Source: Nitrosopumilus sp. (GTDB taxonomy: Archaea > Thermoproteota > Nitrososphaeria > Nitrososphaerales > Nitrosopumilaceae). Taken from it: a stretch of DNA of 64,000 nucleotides. Below, piece after piece: positions 61,301 through 64,000 of the stretch; position 1 is the first letter of the stretch; every line of letters begins with the position of its first letter. Location: positions 512,001 through 576,000 of the forward strand of contig OZ242041.1 of assembly GCA_965205215.1 (NCBI GenBank). The letters are read 5' to 3'. The position numbers were made by a program, and so were the translations under genes. Below the pieces are notes generated by a model that was not told the DNA's origin, made no database searches, and was given only the letters and a program-made list of their open reading frames with translations.

Positions 61301-64000
61301 TCAGGTGTTAGAGCCGCAACCATCCCGACGCTGCTGAGCGCAAGTATTGAACGCGCCGCCGCGTGGGGTGAAGGTACGCTTACACTGACGATAACCGGCA
61401 AGAACAACACTCTCGTCGTCGATAACGATGCGGATCTGATATACAAGATCGATCCCGACGCCGCCGCATACACCGTCGTCGGAGTCAACCCCTTCGTTGC
61501 TAACACGACCGGAGTATTCGGCACGGCGACCCTCGATACAGACGACTTCGCAACAGCTGGTGAGACGATAGACTTCCAGCTGGCAGTTCCAGACGAAAAC
61601 GGAATAACATCACCCAAGGTATCCGTGGACGTACCACCAATACTGACCCTTGATCCCATCACGATAGCTGGTACATGGAGTGGTGGAGCTACTCCTACAC
61701 TAACCCTGCGAGTATCGGGTAGTGAGGGAGTATCTGGCACCAGTGTGGACCTGTTCGTGAACGGGGCCGACAGCGGTCTGGACGTAACCTCTAATGCCGA
61801 TGGCAGCATAGCGACCACGGCATCATTTGCCGATGTCAGCGTATCTGGAGACGCAACGTTCCAGCTGAGATCAGGCGATGCAAGATCAGAGAACCAGACC
61901 GTGAACATACCTCCGGTGCTGACACTGAGAAGTGTTGCTCCATCTGGTACGTGGGAGAATGGTGAAATCGACCTTAGGATAGAAGGAAACACACTGTTAA
62001 CGGAAGGCACGGTTAACCTCATTTCACCTGACGTAACCGGCCTAACGATTGCAGTTCCAATAACTGGAGACGACTCAATCGCTTCTAACGGTGCCATTAG
62101 TGGCACGGTAACGCTTTCCAACATAGCCGTATCTGGAGCCACAAACTTCCAGCTGACGTCAGTTGTTGGAGCGAATACCGCAACGACAGAGAACCGGACC
62201 GCGAACATACCTTCGGTGCTGACACTGACAAGTGTTGTTCCGGGCTCATGGACGGGCACTTCGCCCAGCGAAACCATCGAGCTGGTCGTGACCGGCGCTT
62301 CTGGACTGCCCACTACTGCAACTGTCACTCTGCAGCTGGTTACCGGTAATGCCTCACTAACACAACCCACGGACACTCTTCCAGTTGCTAATGACGGCAG
62401 CATATTTGGAAGCGTAACCTTTGGAAATTCAGATCTAGCCGGAGATAATGTGTCATTCAATCTGACTTCTACAGTGGCCCCCAATGCTGCCACATCAAAC
62501 GCTCGGCCGGCCACTCTGCCGGCGCTGCCTTCAACCAGCAGCGTCGACATGATACCGACGCCGATATCCTCCCAGAACAGCGGGTTCCCGCCCATAACCA
62601 GGGCGGTAATCGGCGACATCTCGGAGATACCGGCGATACACAACGTGCAGTTCACCACCGACCAGACAATGGATCGGACCGTATACACATGGTCAGACGA
62701 CGACAAGACCGTCGAGGCGTTCAGCGACAGGCTCAGACTAGCCGAGCCGTCCGACAGGTACGCCATCGAGGGCAAGTCGAAGATCATCGTATACGGATGG
62801 GAGCCACCCACGTTTGCCGACGGTGTCACCACGCTGTTCAACTGGAACTTTGGCGGTATCAACTACGACGGTATTGCACCTGACGCAGTCATAACCGACA
62901 TCAGGCTTGCAAACGCGGCTCACAACCAGAGCGTGTCCCTGGGCGACGGTGCATCCGGCCTGGTGGACATCACCAGTATGGAGGATGACATCAAGGCCCT
63001 CGGAGACACCGTGGACCTGATCATCTTCATAGGAGACACCAACCTTGGCCACGTGTGCGGCGACCTCATGCTCGTAGCCGACTTCTTCACGTTCGGACAG
63101 AACGACGATGACGGCCGCGTGAACAACGCCATATACCGCATCGAGGTTGAGGAGGCAAGCAGCAACTCTGCTGACTATGAAGGCACGATCGAGTATACAA
63201 TGCTCAACCAGCTCAACATCGACGATCCCAGCACGTACACAGATCTGAGGCCCATCAGCGACCAGATATCGATCATAGTCCACGAGGACTTTACCGACGA
63301 GGATTCGGTCCGCGTGAACTATCTTGACCTGGGAGCCGACGGAGTGTCGACGCAGATAGCCATCCAGCAGGCGGCCCCGACGCACAGCGCCGTGGTCTCA
63401 TTCGACTCGGAGAGCTACAAGATCGCCGACACCGTCACCATAACGCTGGAGGACGCCGACCTGAACGTGGACAACGACGTCATAGACATCTACACGTTCT
63501 CAAACGTACACACCGACACGATCGGCGACGACGGCGCGTTCATACTGGACGTGACGTTCGACGACGAGCTCTGGACCTCCGGAGAATGTGAGGGAGCCGA
63601 CGGATTCTCATCCACCGGCTTTACGCTGCAGGAGACTACAGCAACCTCCGGCGTCTTTACGGGCGACTTCCAGATTCCAGAGGTATACTGCCAGTCGAGC
63701 ACCACCACCATGGTCTCAGTAACCGGCGTGGACATTGAGGTCAACTATCAGGACTTCCGTGACGCGTCCGGCGAGGAGATCGAGGTCGGGGCGGGAGCAG
63801 CGGTACGCGCCAACACCGGCACAGTATCGCTTGACCGCACCGTATACCCGGTGCCGTTCGAGGCAGGAGTGTTCGAGCACACCACCGGTACGCTCGGCCA
63901 GCACGATCTGACGGTCCACGTCACCATAGACGATCCGGACTTTGACATATCGGCTGCCGGCGAGGACGTAATCACCAACGCCACCGAGTACCTGACCGTA
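58334..64000 (+). CDS. slaA: Nitrosopumilus-type S-layer protein with a large Ig-like repeat insert; runs off the window (>1880 aa); absent from the ORF track
   Basis: MQNEIYRKYTSITLMAIMVAGGLTFAIPG signal, LYVSAE, IEVII, DTDEG-EP-VTVNG-LRM-Q-G-W-GYFA, WPFIQ, LDR-YP, LNIDPTDED-W, EY-MLNQLNI; same frame confirmed at several spot checks. Confidence 0.88.
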   Translation, partial: MQNEIYRKYTSITLMAIMVAGGLTFAIPGVDPVFAEVSTSNPHLYVSAEGQDPDNIFAEGNIIEVIIRDDTIGDTDEGEAEPEVTVNGADLRMLQTANGYWTAYFAEVDALAGIDSLPYGEYCTETQASTVTGLQLSDGNGIYLPPGSNCANDSTTADGHPLIREPRDLTNYDGNSLGQLGLSNANLWPFIQVFDFTSLSDVEIVYNRGGTQESVTLTFDDPSESHTLDRQKYPQGAHVHIALMDYALNIDPTDEDTWVFDTQNGAAYYNLFDEDGNVLTAMNPVSVGSEAGIDETVSINRGAQGNNVIECQVTKDFGIQEEDDASKDYLMVNDYGACVPNTLGGNAADLFNDDSFAIGFVEDGSNNNVFINWAEDQRSNIVVLDDALRGNSFEVDYSSPDAKSGVVGHFFAELSLDVSDGVWNSGERIPIVLTDMDANVNPLAEDDLTVANPNSLLVPSIRIGSPVTLASATGDVEWVDLAEDDNTAPTITLNGGDVTLVQGTTYTEQGAVCDDDRDADKDATASGNVDVDTAGTYTVTYSCMDNAGNSATSVTRTVTVVEADNTAPTVTLNGNAAATAVQGTTYNDPGAVCSDNVDADKTATPSGTVDTATLGPQTITYTCTDSSGNTSTATRTVTVVEADEEAPTITLNGNAADTVVQGGTYTDPGAICIDNVDAQKAATPSGTVDTATLGPQTITYTCTDSSGNEATPVTRTVTVEEADTEAPTVTLNGDATIRIVQGGTYTEPGAVCDDAVDGQSAATPSGNVNTNAVGTYTVTYTCTDSSNNSATADRTIHVGLPVVLANIVRDADGWTDGVYELTVTGTVSSDERDVELTTDDIEDFIPISVPVANDGSINGTVALTNIGASGDITFQLVSAQGAESNEFTVNIPPILQLFSIQAAPQWVIADPTNLQVPNPQLELRLSGSHGVGNAPYSVSLVTVDDPLTAVIPGVVFTNDATTRNMSDTSISDRTQFMLAVVVGDEVIAQSGVRAATIPTLLSASIERAAAWGEGTLTLTITGKNNTLVVDNDADLIYKIDPDAAAYTVVGVNPFVANTTGVFGTATLDTDDFATAGETIDFQLAVPDENGITSPKVSVDVPPILTLDPITIAGTWSGGATPTLTLRVSGSEGVSGTSVDLFVNGADSGLDVTSNADGSIATTASFADVSVSGDATFQLRSGDARSENQTVNIPPVLTLRSVAPSGTWENGEIDLRIEGNTLLTEGTVNLISPDVTGLTIAVPITGDDSIASNGAISGTVTLSNIAVSGATNFQLTSVVGANTATTENRTANIPSVLTLTSVVPGSWTGTSPSETIELVVTGASGLPTTATVTLQLVTGNASLTQPTDTLPVANDGSIFGSVTFGNSDLAGDNVSFNLTSTVAPNAATSNARPATLPALPSTSSVDMIPTPISSQNSGFPPITRAVIGDISEIPAIHNVQFTTDQTMDRTVYTWSDDDKTVEAFSDRLRLAEPSDRYAIEGKSKIIVYGWEPPTFADGVTTLFNWNFGGINYDGIAPDAVITDIRLANAAHNQSVSLGDGASGLVDITSMEDDIKALGDTVDLIIFIGDTNLGHVCGDLMLVADFFTFGQNDDDGRVNNAIYRIEVEEASSNSADYEGTIEYTMLNQLNIDDPSTYTDLRPISDQISIIVHEDFTDEDSVRVNYLDLGADGVSTQIAIQQAAPTHSAVVSFDSESYKIADTVTITLEDADLNVDNDVIDIYTFSNVHTDTIGDDGAFILDVTFDDELWTSGECEGADGFSSTGFTLQETTATSGVFTGDFQIPEVYCQSSTTTMVSVTGVDIEVNYQDFRDASGEEIEVGAGAAVRANTGTVSLDRTVYPVPFEAGVFEHTTGTLGQHDLTVHVTIDDPDFDISAAGEDVITNATEYLTV
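59783..60730 (+). repeat. Four ~237-240-bp repeats encoding DUF5011-like Ig domains
   Basis: AP-I/VTLNG...QG-TY-D/E-GA-C-D-D...YTVTY-C-D-GN...RTV-V; 79 bp identical between 60138-60216 and 60375-60453. Confidence 0.9.
60735..62530 (+). repeat. Six divergent ~100-aa beta-rich repeats
   Basis: Each unit ends F(Q/M/N)L...(V/A)(N/D/T)(I/V/L)P-L, with ~300-bp period. Confidence 0.7.

Noticed and set aside
59783-62530. Diversity-generating retroelement or CRISPR-like array in the S-layer gene
   Set aside because: Repeats are in-frame protein domains with no adenine-specific mismatch pattern, and no reverse transcriptase is in the window

Overview
High-GC archaeal DNA from an ammonia-oxidising Nitrososphaerota (Nitrosopumilaceae-like). 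The assignment rests on the pok-pps-panB-coaBC operon, the Tes tetraether synthase, F420 enzymes, a DUR3-type urea transporter and a Nitrosopumilus-type S-layer gene. High GC and low-complexity inserts suggest a Cenarchaeum-like sponge symbiont, which is inference only. Bases 1-37000 are mostly core genes, interrupted by three AT-rich inserts: a divergent small wHTH gene pair, a DUF3800 gene with an adjacent predicted structured RNA, and a HaeIII-family restriction-modification cassette abutting tRNA-Arg(TCG). Bases ~37000-56300 form a defence island. It holds MNT-HEPN, an HsdR_N nuclease, a PIN protein, a drmA-drmB pair with an unusual SF2 helicase carrying an inserted PKD domain (no drmC or methylase seen), an RmuC-like nuclease, an ABC-ATPase/TOPRIM pair and two 3'-5' exonucleases. 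The window ends with a PTT-linker metallopeptidase and a very large SlaA-type S-layer ORF (58334 to past the end) that is absent from the ORF track and carries a ~900-aa insert of two classes of Ig-like repeats. All family calls come from motif recognition by eye; no database searches were run.
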